From the UHGV virus genome UHGV-1370141: 64,000 bases of DNA, one strand, 5' to 3'. The position numbers and the translations under genes are program-made. Shown piece by piece: positions 18,258 through 28,058 of this stretch (positions are counted from its first letter, which is position 1; every line of letters starts with the position of its first letter). The DNA comes from a virus. Below the pieces are notes generated by a model. The model was not told the origin of the DNA. It was given only the letters and a program-made list of their open reading frames with translations, and did not search any database.

Positions 18258-18772
18258 TAGTGGCCTCCGAATGTTAAGACACGGTTATCTGCGGTAACGA
18301 TTAAATCGTTGTCTTTTACTACAGCGGCTTCTTCATCGTTACCGAAAACCAGAACGGAGAATTGGCCTTTATAACCTAACGAGTTGGGTGAAACCTGTAA
18401 CGTTACAGCGTCTTTCCCTACGGTAAATGATTCGTCGGTAAGATCGTCGGGTTGTAAATTACAACCACAAGCCGCGTTAATTCCGTCGATTAGATCGTGT
18501 GCGGTAAAGCCATTACCGGAAACCTTTACCAGAATAGGTTGCTGGTTTAACCACCGCTCTGCGGTTAAACGGTTGTAATAAATCTGTAACGTTCTGTTGT
18601 CCGGACGTTTTATCTTTACAACAGCAGTGGTGTCACGATCCATTTCGTTACTGGTCTTTACGTCGCTGACTTCAACCTCGTTCTCTTGCAGGTCGAGCTG
18701 GAGGTCATGGTTAACCAGTGAAATAACCATGTTAAGTGAAGTTAACGACAAATCTGGCGTGAATTGTTCCAC
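18257..18772 (-). CDS. hypothetical fibre-associated protein (171 aa), paralog of 28024..28587
   Basis: N-terminus MEQFTPDLSLTSLNMVISLVNHD... matches 28024..28587; start codon is GTG at 18772 with AGGAGGT RBS. Confidence 0.55.
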   Translation of the reverse strand: MEQFTPDLSLTSLNMVISLVNHDLQLDLQENEVEVSDVKTSNEMDRDTTAVVKIKRPDNRTLQIYYNRLTAERWLNQQPILVKVSGNGFTAHDLIDGINAACGCNLQPDDLTDESFTVGKDAVTLQVSPNSLGYKGQFSVLVFGNDEEAAVVKDNDLIVTADNRVLTFGGH

Positions 18773-18870
18773 GTATGGTTACCTCCTATGATTGGGGAGA
18801 CGTAAAATGTTGGCTAAAAACATTTCACCCCCCCCCGATTACGTTTTCAAGCACACTCGCTTGAAAATTA

Positions 18871-19377
18871 TTAACTGATTTTGAAATCTCTTAACGTACC
18901 AGTTGATCTCATCACGTTTTGAAAAGCAGTGCTGATGTTATTAGTCCAGTAGTAATGCTGTCCGTTAATAACCTGCTGATAGGTCAGTGCGCAAGTGTTA
19001 CCGCCTAGATTTACAGTGATGTTAGAGGCCCTGCCGCCTTGTAAGTAAACCGCTAAACTAGGCCTTGCGTTGCCAACTACCGTCGTTAACTGTAATTCGA
19101 TACCTACTAAAGTTCCCACCCCGCAGTTACCCGCGTTTTGAATGGTCCCCTGATTTTTCTGGTTTAACGGCCAATTTGGTCCTACTGCGCCCCATTTCTT
19201 ACCTAAAGAATCTCTATATGCGGCAGTTGCAATTTTACAGCCCATAGATCTTCCCACCATTTGACTCATCATAAAAGGTCTACTCAATCCTAATTTACTA
19301 CCCGCAGCGCTCATCCACTGTTCGCCCGTTTCATTCCTAGCTGAAGATCCGACCCATCCTGACGCTACCCCCCCCAT
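18871..19377 (-). CDS. glycine-rich adhesin-like protein (168 aa)
   Basis: N-terminus GWVGSSARNETGEQWMS... paralogous to 19394..20032; located just downstream of long tail fibre gene. Confidence 0.5.
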   Translation of the reverse strand: MGGVASGWVGSSARNETGEQWMSAAGSKLGLSRPFMMSQMVGRSMGCKIATAAYRDSLGKKWGAVGPNWPLNQKNQGTIQNAGNCGVGTLVGIELQLTTVVGNARPSLAVYLQGGRASNITVNLGGNTCALTYQQVINGQHYYWTNNISTAFQNVMRSTGTLRDFKIS

Positions 19378-19393
19378 CTACCCTCCTTTTTAA

Positions 19394-20032
19394 TTAAACA
19401 CGTGAACCGTATATTGCACCTACTGCGTCCCATCTTGGCGCATTACCAGTAACAGCTTTACCAGCTGCTCCGCCGTTATATTCTGTACCGTTACCATGAG
19501 TATTACATCTTCCTCCAGCAGCACCGACATTACCACCCGAACCGCCTGTATATGCACTAAGAGACCCCTCACCAACAGATCCTCTACCAGGAGCGGAAAT
19601 AGTACCAGCAGCTGCACCGGAACTCATATGAGAGGAAGACCCACCAGCACCGCCTGGCGAGTTAGAACCACCGTTGCCTCCTCTGCCGTATACTGTAACC
19701 CCAGGATTGATGATGAGTGTAATATACGAATTTGGAAGATTGCTAGGGAATTCTAAACAAGGAACCCCGCTACTATAAGACACTAAATCCCCTGTAATGG
19801 TCACAACGACAGCAGTAGAGCCTAAAGAACGTAAATAGTTAATAAGAGTATCCTTATTATAGCTATGGTTAGCACCAATAGAATAATGGACCTCTTTTGA
19901 TTTTCCCGCCAATTGCGACATCCAGCCTGGAACCGGCACACCAAGTGTGCGCATCGCGCCAGACATCCATTCGTTACCAGCTTCAGCTTTTGCTGAAGAA
20001 CCAATCCAACCACCTACGCCGACAACTGCCAC
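19394..20032 (-). CDS. glycine-rich adhesin-like protein (212 aa)
   Basis: Gly-rich segments (GGNGGSNSPGGAGGSS...) separating other sequence, reminiscent of T2-type gp38 adhesins. Confidence 0.5.
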   Translation of the reverse strand: MAVVGVGGWIGSSAKAEAGNEWMSGAMRTLGVPVPGWMSQLAGKSKEVHYSIGANHSYNKDTLINYLRSLGSTAVVVTITGDLVSYSSGVPCLEFPSNLPNSYITLIINPGVTVYGRGGNGGSNSPGGAGGSSSHMSSGAAAGTISAPGRGSVGEGSLSAYTGGSGGNVGAAGGRCNTHGNGTEYNGGAAGKAVTGNAPRWDAVGAIYGSRV

Positions 20033-23000
20033 TAGGATCTCCCTTTGATTTCGTTAACCTCTTGACGCAACGCTTTCATACCCTCTACTAACAGCGCAAT
20101 AACGCCATTGTAGTTTAGACGTAAACGTTTTTCGCCTGAAATGGCATCATCATCCTCAGACACAAGTTCAGGTAACGCTTCTAATGCGTCTTGAGCAATT
20201 AGACCTACAGAAGTTTGCCAACCGTCATCCGGATGCTGAATTTCGTACAAATAACCAGTTAGTAACTCTAACCGATCCAAAGCCTTATCCAGCTTCACCA
20301 GATTACGTTTGTTACGACGGTCAGAACGAATCTGTACGTCGTTAAACGAACCGTTACCGCTGCCAGTAACGTTATGACCAAAGGTTACTTGGCCATTAGC
20401 GTTATTAAAATACAACGGACGTAGTCCGTTCCAGGAACCCGTTGCAGCTTGTCCGGCGTCGGTTACTAAGAAATAGGTATTGGCACCATCGTTACGTAAC
20501 ATAAAGCCGTAGTTGCCGTAAGCGATTCGAAAATCAGGGTACTTAGTGACCAATTTACCGTTAACGGTTAAATCGCCACCTATAGTACCGCCCCCTGACG
20601 GTAACGCACCGATGTCACCAGCGTTAGGTTTGTTGTGTGTGCTGTAAATCAGATAGACGGTACCGTCTGTTAGTCCTGCGGGTTTATTAGCCGTATAGCT
20701 TGGCGATGTGTGAATCGTTACGTTGGCATTACTAGTGTAGTCCCACTGAATATTAACACCGGTGGCGTAATTACCTATTTCAACATAAATATCGTAAGTG
20801 TCACCAGATGTATTCACCCATGCAAAATTAGTGAAGCCGACTGAGGTCAGTCGCCATAACGCACCAGTAATACCTTTTGGATTCCCATTTCCTGCACGCA
20901 GAACCAGCTCAGAGATACCTGCTTGATGCGGGGAACCAACGTTAAACCCTGCACCACCAATCAGGCTTATGTAAACCACGGAACTGGCTTGTGGCATCGT
21001 TACAGTTGCTAGTTTGAACCATCCGGCACCACCATTAAAAGACACAGTTGTTGTGTTCGCGGCACCAACATTTCGTAAGAATTTTCTCTTATCTGGAATA
21101 TCGGCACCGTTCTGTTTCTTCTGCAATGACCCACCGGCCAATTCTACAGTTTGGCCAAGATTTAAACTTTCAGCCGTTATTTCGATGTTTTTAGTGCCGT
21201 CAAACGCAATACCGTTGATGGTTCTTGCAGTTTGCAACTTTGTTGCAGTGGCCGCGTTTCCGGTGGTCGACTGATTACCCGTTTGGTTTACTCCAGGAAG
21301 ATTAACGTCTTTCGTCCCATCGAAAACCACACCACCGATCCTACGTCCTGTTTGTAACTTGGTAGCGGTTGCTGCATTACCTGTCGTATTCTGGTTGCCT
21401 TGCTGGTTAACCCCCGGTAAATTGATATCCCCAGTACCGTCAAAGGTAACGCCGCCGATTCTGCGAGCGGTTTTCAGTTTCGTCGCGGTAGCGGCGTTGC
21501 CGGTAGTATCTTGATTACCTGTGGTATTTACGCCAGGAATACTGTCACGGGCAGTATAAACTTGTGCCCAATCTGACCACGGCGCATCTGCCGTATCACG
21601 TCGACTACGAATATAAACTGGCGCGTGCGCACCACTCGTGCCCGACCAACCAATTAACAACTCGCCTTCGCCTAGCGCAGCAGAACCACCCAAATGCAGT
21701 AAGTTACCATAAGCGGTCGGATAACCGTTATTGTAAACTTCGTACATCTGAATACCAGGCGTACCTTTGTTTGAACCAGTCAGTGCAGTAACACGTCCAC
21801 GTCCTACCAACGTGTTGATATTGATGTCTCTAGACCCATCAAATTTCACACCGTTGATGTTTCGAGCCGTTTGTAATTTGGTTGCGGTTCCCGCGTTCCC
21901 AGAGGTGTTTTGATTACCTTGTTGGTTAACACCTGGGAGGTTAACGTCGCCGCTACCGTCGAAGGCGACCCCACCAATTCTACGTGCCGTCTTTAATTTA
22001 GTGGCGGTTGAAGCATTGCCTGTTAACTCACCTGCTAACCCTTTTGCAAAGGTCTGTTTTTCTGCCCAGGTGTGCGCTGCGTTCAATACAGGCATCTGGC
22101 GTGGCGTAATTGTTCGACTACCTTTCTCACCAGCGATACGAACAGCAAAGAAGCGATAGTTGGCAGTAGACACCGTACTACGCCAAACCAACATGCTCCG
22201 ACCGGTGCCGGTGTCATCAGACGGCCCTACAAGGATGTTAACTAAGTTACCGTCAATCACACCCCAATCCATTCCCGCAGGAATATTTTTCATGGTGTTC
22301 AACGGTGACGTTAACATCTGACCGGGAACGAAGTCGTAGGTTTGCCAGTCTAACGGGTCAACCTTAGCAGCTACACCACCAATGCCTAAAACTAACGGAA
22401 GTGAATACGAGGTGAAAACCTCTCGCCACCCACTCCAAATGTTACCCGTACGGATACGTTGGAATTTACGACCTTTAGTTTCTCTACCCGTGCCGTATGT
22501 GGTATAATTCTGTTCGACCCCTGTACCGTCTAAGCGTAAGGTAACTTCACAAACGCCTACCACGGTTTCGCTAGAAGAACCGATAAGTGGACCGTTAGTT
22601 GCCTCACCAGTGACACTGAAACGACCCGGTTTAACGAGATCGTTAAAATTGGCTTTAAAGAAAGCACCGTCAGTCTGATAACCAACCTGAATCCAATCTT
22701 CCCATTGTGGGTTTGATGAATCCCACGTTGCAGTCAAACCACGGACATACATTGTGCCACGACGCGTAGTGTATCGCTGCAACCGTCCGAAAAGACCACC
22801 TTCCATTACTTCTAGTACGCCTTGCGCGTTACCGCCTTCTTCAGGGTAATGCCGGTCGAACACCGCTAACGAACTGGACGAGTTCCGCCAGTTACCCATA
22901 TGCTCAGCGCCACCCAGAGAGTTCAAGTCTATAGAGGTAGACAGTGGGCGAACACCAGTGGTTACCATTCTCCACGGTGACCAGGGTCCATTAGTTCCGT

Positions 23001-24513
23001 TCCACACACCTGACAACATACGGTTGTACACGTTACCATTACGACAGGTAAAACGTTGCGCGCCACTGTAGTTGCCCGCTTTATACACTTCCAGATAACC
23101 GACTGCACCGTCTTCTGGGAAGTGTTTTGCCATCGACGCATTGGTTGATGTCGACTTAGACCACGTTCCTGTGTAATTAGCATCTGGAGCAAATGTGTTA
23201 ATATCAGCATCTACAGGCATTTCGCCACGGAAACGCAGGTAGGTATCAGGAGATAGGCCGATGTTGCGAGCAAAAGTTTCTTTATCTGGGATATCAGCGC
23301 CGTTAGAGTTTTTCTGTAACGCACCATTCGCTTTATCGACGGTAGTTTTCAAACCCAGGAAGTTAATGATATCCGCCGTCGACCCTTTCGCTAACAAATC
23401 GCGCGCAGTCGAGGTGAAATCCGCTAATCCCACCCGATTACTACCGGTAAAGTAAGGGAGTTTGTTTGCAGCGGTGGTGACTGCGGCAATCGCTGTCAGT
23501 AACGGACTTAACGGCTGTTTACCCGCGAGTTGGTTCGTTATCGTTGTCGCAAAGTTAGGATCGTTTCCTAACGCGGCTGCAATTTCTGATAACGTATCTA
23601 ACGTCTCGGGTGAAGAGTCCACTAATTCAGCAATCGCTTGCCGTACCCATGCCGTCGTTGAGACTGTCGTGTCGTTAGAATCCGCAGCAGGAGTCGGAGC
23701 TTTTACTACGCCAGTAAACGTCGGCGAGTGACGGTTTGCTTTTAACTGCAAATCATCATTTAACTGCTTAACCGTTGACGGTGTAGCCGCTTCCGTAACC
23801 GAGTCACTGGTTAAGGTATTATTAAGTTTAACGATACCTTTACTGGACGTTGTTGCATCAACGTTACCTTTTGCAGCGATTTCCTCTGCACGCTTAGCGG
23901 CTGCCTCAGAACGCGTTGCCGCATTCTCTGCGGTTTCTTTGTCTGAGGTAACTTGCGTTGCTGTAGCCTCTACAGAGGCTTTTGACGACTCTACTGACGC
24001 GACAGCTTCGTTAACTGCCGTAAGCGACTGTTCTACTTGACCGGCTTGTGTGGCAACAGTTTCTGCTTTCTTCGTAACGGTAGTCACCGCTTGTGTGACG
24101 TTGGCCTCGCTTGCCGCTACCGCTTGTGCTTTCTCATTAACGGACACAACCTGGGTATCTACCGCCGTTTTCGCGGCTAACACTTCAGTGTGTTTTGTAC
24201 CGACCTCAGTTGCTTTTTCGGTTACAGTTTGCGCTTGTTGAGCAACCGTAGCCGCAACGGTGTCAGTTTGTTGTTTTGCTGTTTCTGCTAAATTCTTTGC
24301 TTGTGTAGCCTGAGTTGCAGCTTCTTGTGATTGTGTTGCTGCTGCTTGTGCATCAGACACCGCATTACGCACGGTGTCAATATCTGCAACGATCTCACGG
24401 ACTGGTAACTTATAATCTTTCTCATCTTTGGAGAAAAGTAAAACACCTTCACCGATATCCCCGGTGTATGGACGTAAGTCGTGTAAACGAATTTTCTTTA
24501 CCGCTTTAGCCAT
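20032..24513 (-). CDS. long tail fibre protein (1493 aa) with C-terminal S74-type intramolecular chaperone domain
   Basis: N-terminal anchor domain; multiple repeats ...GNAATATKLQTARRIGGVxFDGTxDxNLPGVNQ...; C-terminus ...SDRRNKRNLVKLDKALDRLELLTGYLYEIQ... typical of self-cleaving chaperone. Confidence 0.85.
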   Translation of the reverse strand: MAKAVKKIRLHDLRPYTGDIGEGVLLFSKDEKDYKLPVREIVADIDTVRNAVSDAQAAATQSQEAATQATQAKNLAETAKQQTDTVAATVAQQAQTVTEKATEVGTKHTEVLAAKTAVDTQVVSVNEKAQAVAASEANVTQAVTTVTKKAETVATQAGQVEQSLTAVNEAVASVESSKASVEATATQVTSDKETAENAATRSEAAAKRAEEIAAKGNVDATTSSKGIVKLNNTLTSDSVTEAATPSTVKQLNDDLQLKANRHSPTFTGVVKAPTPAADSNDTTVSTTAWVRQAIAELVDSSPETLDTLSEIAAALGNDPNFATTITNQLAGKQPLSPLLTAIAAVTTAANKLPYFTGSNRVGLADFTSTARDLLAKGSTADIINFLGLKTTVDKANGALQKNSNGADIPDKETFARNIGLSPDTYLRFRGEMPVDADINTFAPDANYTGTWSKSTSTNASMAKHFPEDGAVGYLEVYKAGNYSGAQRFTCRNGNVYNRMLSGVWNGTNGPWSPWRMVTTGVRPLSTSIDLNSLGGAEHMGNWRNSSSSLAVFDRHYPEEGGNAQGVLEVMEGGLFGRLQRYTTRRGTMYVRGLTATWDSSNPQWEDWIQVGYQTDGAFFKANFNDLVKPGRFSVTGEATNGPLIGSSSETVVGVCEVTLRLDGTGVEQNYTTYGTGRETKGRKFQRIRTGNIWSGWREVFTSYSLPLVLGIGGVAAKVDPLDWQTYDFVPGQMLTSPLNTMKNIPAGMDWGVIDGNLVNILVGPSDDTGTGRSMLVWRSTVSTANYRFFAVRIAGEKGSRTITPRQMPVLNAAHTWAEKQTFAKGLAGELTGNASTATKLKTARRIGGVAFDGSGDVNLPGVNQQGNQNTSGNAGTATKLQTARNINGVKFDGSRDININTLVGRGRVTALTGSNKGTPGIQMYEVYNNGYPTAYGNLLHLGGSAALGEGELLIGWSGTSGAHAPVYIRSRRDTADAPWSDWAQVYTARDSIPGVNTTGNQDTTGNAATATKLKTARRIGGVTFDGTGDINLPGVNQQGNQNTTGNAATATKLQTGRRIGGVVFDGTKDVNLPGVNQTGNQSTTGNAATATKLQTARTINGIAFDGTKNIEITAESLNLGQTVELAGGSLQKKQNGADIPDKRKFLRNVGAANTTTVSFNGGAGWFKLATVTMPQASSVVYISLIGGAGFNVGSPHQAGISELVLRAGNGNPKGITGALWRLTSVGFTNFAWVNTSGDTYDIYVEIGNYATGVNIQWDYTSNANVTIHTSPSYTANKPAGLTDGTVYLIYSTHNKPNAGDIGALPSGGGTIGGDLTVNGKLVTKYPDFRIAYGNYGFMLRNDGANTYFLVTDAGQAATGSWNGLRPLYFNNANGQVTFGHNVTGSGNGSFNDVQIRSDRRNKRNLVKLDKALDRLELLTGYLYEIQHPDDGWQTSVGLIAQDALEALPELVSEDDDAISGEKRLRLNYNGVIALLVEGMKALRQEVNEIKGRS

Positions 24514-24547
24514 GATATTTAATTCTCTATCGGGAGCTAAAAGATCT

Positions 24548-24569
24548 GGGGGAGGTAAGCACCTCCCCC
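24548..24569. terminator. stem-loop between spike and fibre genes
   Basis: Perfect inverted repeat gggggaggt / acctccccc with aagc loop. Confidence 0.55.
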
Positions 24570-24590
24570 AACATTTTTATAAGCGGGTTA

Positions 24591-27500
24591 TTATTGCTCC
24601 GGTTTTAATGGAACATCTTCTACCGTTAACGTAACGTCTAAGGCCGCTTGACTGTGGTCAGTAATCGCTAAGTCACGATAAATATTAGCATTGGCTCCGT
24701 AGGTTTTATAAGTAACGTAGAGACCTAACGCACGTAGCACTTCCCCAGTGTAGAACCCATAAGCCATTCCGTTATCAGAAGACTCTCGAGCGGCTGGAGA
24801 CCACGCTCCATTAATCGGCTTATTCGGAATTGAGGTAATCGTAAACCCTTCACCTAACTCCTTAATTGCCGCATTAACCACTTTATCGTAGTTCGGATTC
24901 GTTGCACCGGCGAGTAATGCCCAGCAACACCCTGCTAACCACAACCCACACATATGTGCGGTGAAGTCGTTTTCCACCCAAACAGCTTTATCCGGTGCTG
25001 TAGGGAACTCGTTAGGAGTGTGGCCATTAAACCGATCCACAAACCCACCTAGCCAATTCACCCAGTTGTCAATATAGCTTGTTAACGCCTCGGGAACGTC
25101 TTTACCTCGCAGTTTCAGTTCGTACCAACAGCGACATGCGGCATGAAACGCACGAGGCTGATACCCTGCCCAAGGATGGTCATCACCCCAATGGAACGTC
25201 GTCCAGGTATCCGCTTCTCCGTAGCTGTAGTTGTCCCAACGGTTCCAGATATAAGCTGCACAACCAGGTCCTAATTCCCCAATTTGCTGTTGGTAAGCCA
25301 ACTGCGAATCGTACAGGAATTGAATCTGGTTATCTAACCACAGCTTATACCGGTCGTCTTTGTGGATACTGTACATAAACGGATACTGATAACCCGGATA
25401 AGGCATCCCGTGCCAAGCACCTAACTGTTCCGAACCTTCTAAGTAGCTGTTCGTGAACGGTATCGTACCCGGACAGTACGCTAACGAATCCAATCGGTAA
25501 TCTACAATCGTACAATCACCCACTTTTGCATCAAACTCTGCACCACCGCGTAAGGCAATACGGAAGGTTAAAATATAACCATCGTCTTTATTAAAGACCG
25601 GTGGAACATCGTTAACACAATAGTAAGCAAAGTGCGCATGGTCAACCGTAGAGTCAGGAAGAATCGTGACCTGATCCACCTTATCGAAATTCGGTGCTGA
25701 AGGTTTAGGGTCAGCGTCTGTGTGGTCTGGCTGATAACCGGAAAGTGTGGCTTCATCTGGATTCAACGTTACCTGACGCCATTCGTTGTTTGTGTTGGGT
25801 AACATCCACCACCAACGCCAGTTATCACTGTCGACTAAACGCAAGTTAAAATCTGCGTCTGCACGGTAAACAATAGAAACGGGTTTTACCTTCTCTTCAG
25901 CGGTTAACCAAAACCCGATAATAAACCCGGCACTGTCATCAGGAAATTCAGCTTCTACCACGGTACCCGCGCGACCATCGTAAATGCTATCCTCAAAACG
26001 TTCTTCCCATGTACAACCACCATAGTCCGAACACGCACGGGCTTCAGCTATCAGGTAGTCTCCCCCTTCTGGGGTGGTAATACGGGAAAGTTGGCCTAAG
26101 TCAATATCGTACTGTTTAACGGTATTTACCGTAGACCGAGGTAAGGTTAAACCGTACCAGTTTACTTCCTCGGTATCAGCTTTCGCAGGGTTAATGTTCA
26201 CCATCGCTTTACAGTAGACAGGATCGCCATTCTTACAAACTCCACCGTACGTGACACGAAGTTTGGAGTCTTTGTTAATCCTGAATCGAACCGCTTGCTG
26301 CTCCATAAAGTGTTGTACCGCTTCAGGCGCATGGATGGTAATGTCTCCATTCTCATCACGGCCGTAGGTAACACTTACGGTGTCCGGGTAATTGAAGTCG
26401 TACGAAATGCCATCCGTAAACGGTGTTTCCGCAGCGGTAGAACGACGGAAGAATTTATCTACCGCATCAATATACGTGTACTCGTGTGCTGTGTAGAAAG
26501 CACAGTCTAACGCTTGTTTGTATTTCTCTTCACCTGTTATACGCCACAGCAAATAACAGGCGTCGATAAACCACAGTTCAGCATCAGCGGCGTTACCGTA
26601 TTGGTTTTTCGACCCTAAGAACGGTGTGTGGACCGGACGGTTGTGCCACGGCTCATTACGTTTAAATTCGTAACCGCCGTGTTCGACGGGAAGTTTTACC
26701 GCGTAGTTAATTAAATAGACACCGTTTAACTGTGTGTCTTTTAACTGTACGGTACCTTTATCAGCGTCTGCTAATCCCGTCTCAATAATTTCACTATCCT
26801 GGATTTTGTTACCCGTCCAGGCAATTATCCAGTCAACGTCGTATTTAGGAGCTTTTGTTGCAGACCCGCCCCAAAGCGGGGTGTAACCTGTAGCATTATT
26901 TAGCAGTGTTGGCCAATCGACCCAAGCGATGCTTTCGTAAGGCTTATCAGGATTAGTAATAACGTGAGTTAAAACGTCTTCCCAATTAATCGACCCTTCT
27001 TTGTCTTCCTTGATAATCTGTACATCTGCGTTAATCGCGGCCCAGGCAGGGTGGCCACGATGTGCAAACGTACAGATATCCAAATACTCTCCCCAGAAAG
27101 GTGCACCGTGCGGTATCTTACATTGGCCATTTGTAAACCTTACAGGAACACATTTATACCCGCCGTTGGTAGGTTCCGTAGGGTGAATAGGATAGTGTGC
27201 TAATACCGGTTCTTTCCCGTTTACTAACCAGTTACAAATCCGACGCTGGGGTGTTGTCGGAATAGGCTGTCCGGCGTAGAAGTACGTGTTGTACGCATCC
27301 CAGGCGTGTTTCGCAGCATCTAACCATCTTTCGTCTTTTGTTGCGATATACATGTGGCAATAACCGATAATGTGTAACGACTGACCCTCGGTCGTTGCGT
27401 CACCATTCGGTTGGTATTCCGCCATGGTATCAGCGATGAAATGACGGTTATTCGACAGAACACCTTCTTCGTTTTGAATATAGTGTTCGTTGTGCGCGTC

Positions 27501-27596
27501 GTGAGTCGTTCCCGTATTCCGGGTAACGAAGGATTGGTGTCCGTAAGCTAACGATAACGCGTAGCTAATCGCGTGACGCTGAAAATGTTTTCTCAT
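24591..27596 (-). CDS. tail spike-like protein, possible polysaccharide-degrading receptor-binding protein (1001 aa)
   Basis: Very long ORF in fibre module; Trp/Tyr-rich C-terminal region; directly preceded in-frame by anchor-domain ORF. Confidence 0.55.
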   Translation of the reverse strand: MRKHFQRHAISYALSLAYGHQSFVTRNTGTTHDAHNEHYIQNEEGVLSNNRHFIADTMAEYQPNGDATTEGQSLHIIGYCHMYIATKDERWLDAAKHAWDAYNTYFYAGQPIPTTPQRRICNWLVNGKEPVLAHYPIHPTEPTNGGYKCVPVRFTNGQCKIPHGAPFWGEYLDICTFAHRGHPAWAAINADVQIIKEDKEGSINWEDVLTHVITNPDKPYESIAWVDWPTLLNNATGYTPLWGGSATKAPKYDVDWIIAWTGNKIQDSEIIETGLADADKGTVQLKDTQLNGVYLINYAVKLPVEHGGYEFKRNEPWHNRPVHTPFLGSKNQYGNAADAELWFIDACYLLWRITGEEKYKQALDCAFYTAHEYTYIDAVDKFFRRSTAAETPFTDGISYDFNYPDTVSVTYGRDENGDITIHAPEAVQHFMEQQAVRFRINKDSKLRVTYGGVCKNGDPVYCKAMVNINPAKADTEEVNWYGLTLPRSTVNTVKQYDIDLGQLSRITTPEGGDYLIAEARACSDYGGCTWEERFEDSIYDGRAGTVVEAEFPDDSAGFIIGFWLTAEEKVKPVSIVYRADADFNLRLVDSDNWRWWWMLPNTNNEWRQVTLNPDEATLSGYQPDHTDADPKPSAPNFDKVDQVTILPDSTVDHAHFAYYCVNDVPPVFNKDDGYILTFRIALRGGAEFDAKVGDCTIVDYRLDSLAYCPGTIPFTNSYLEGSEQLGAWHGMPYPGYQYPFMYSIHKDDRYKLWLDNQIQFLYDSQLAYQQQIGELGPGCAAYIWNRWDNYSYGEADTWTTFHWGDDHPWAGYQPRAFHAACRCWYELKLRGKDVPEALTSYIDNWVNWLGGFVDRFNGHTPNEFPTAPDKAVWVENDFTAHMCGLWLAGCCWALLAGATNPNYDKVVNAAIKELGEGFTITSIPNKPINGAWSPAARESSDNGMAYGFYTGEVLRALGLYVTYKTYGANANIYRDLAITDHSQAALDVTLTVEDVPLKPEQ

Positions 27597-28058
27597 TTAG
27601 TAACCCGCTGCAAGAAGAGAACCTTTCCAGGTGGCACCCCCATCAAGGGTATAAAGCGACAGAGTGTCTTCCGCATTTGCCGCGTAGGATAAAACCGGTT
27701 GTGCACCGTGAGGCCATTTAACGTTTTCAGGCCAGGTTACTTTATTCGCCCCTGTTCCTTGCTTAATCGTTAGCATTACTTCGAAACGGGTATTTTCTGC
27801 AACGTTGGTAAGGGCTGCGAACGTCACTGTAGTGTTAGGATCGTTTAACACCAGAATAATGTCAGTGCTGGTATTGAAATCCAACGTGGCGGCATTATTC
27901 GAACCGTTAACCGTGGTGACTGTCGCAACCGGGGCTAACTTATCAACATCAATTTTATATTCTTTATTGTCTTTGCTATACAGCAGTACCCCGCCTTGGG
28001 GTGTGCCTGCGTAGCTTTCGAGCTCATGGAGTCTCGTCTTCTTCAGTGCTGTCGCCAT
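27597..28058 (-). CDS. tail fibre N-terminal anchor-domain protein (154 aa from MATALKK start)
   Basis: MATALKKTRLHELESYAG... homologous to N-termini of 20032..24513 and 17637..18257; stop TAA is immediately followed in frame by ATG of 24591..27596. Confidence 0.55.
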   Translation of the reverse strand: MATALKKTRLHELESYAGTPQGGVLLYSKDNKEYKIDVDKLAPVATVTTVNGSNNAATLDFNTSTDIILVLNDPNTTVTFAALTNVAENTRFEVMLTIKQGTGANKVTWPENVKWPHGAQPVLSYAANAEDTLSLYTLDGGATWKGSLLAAGY

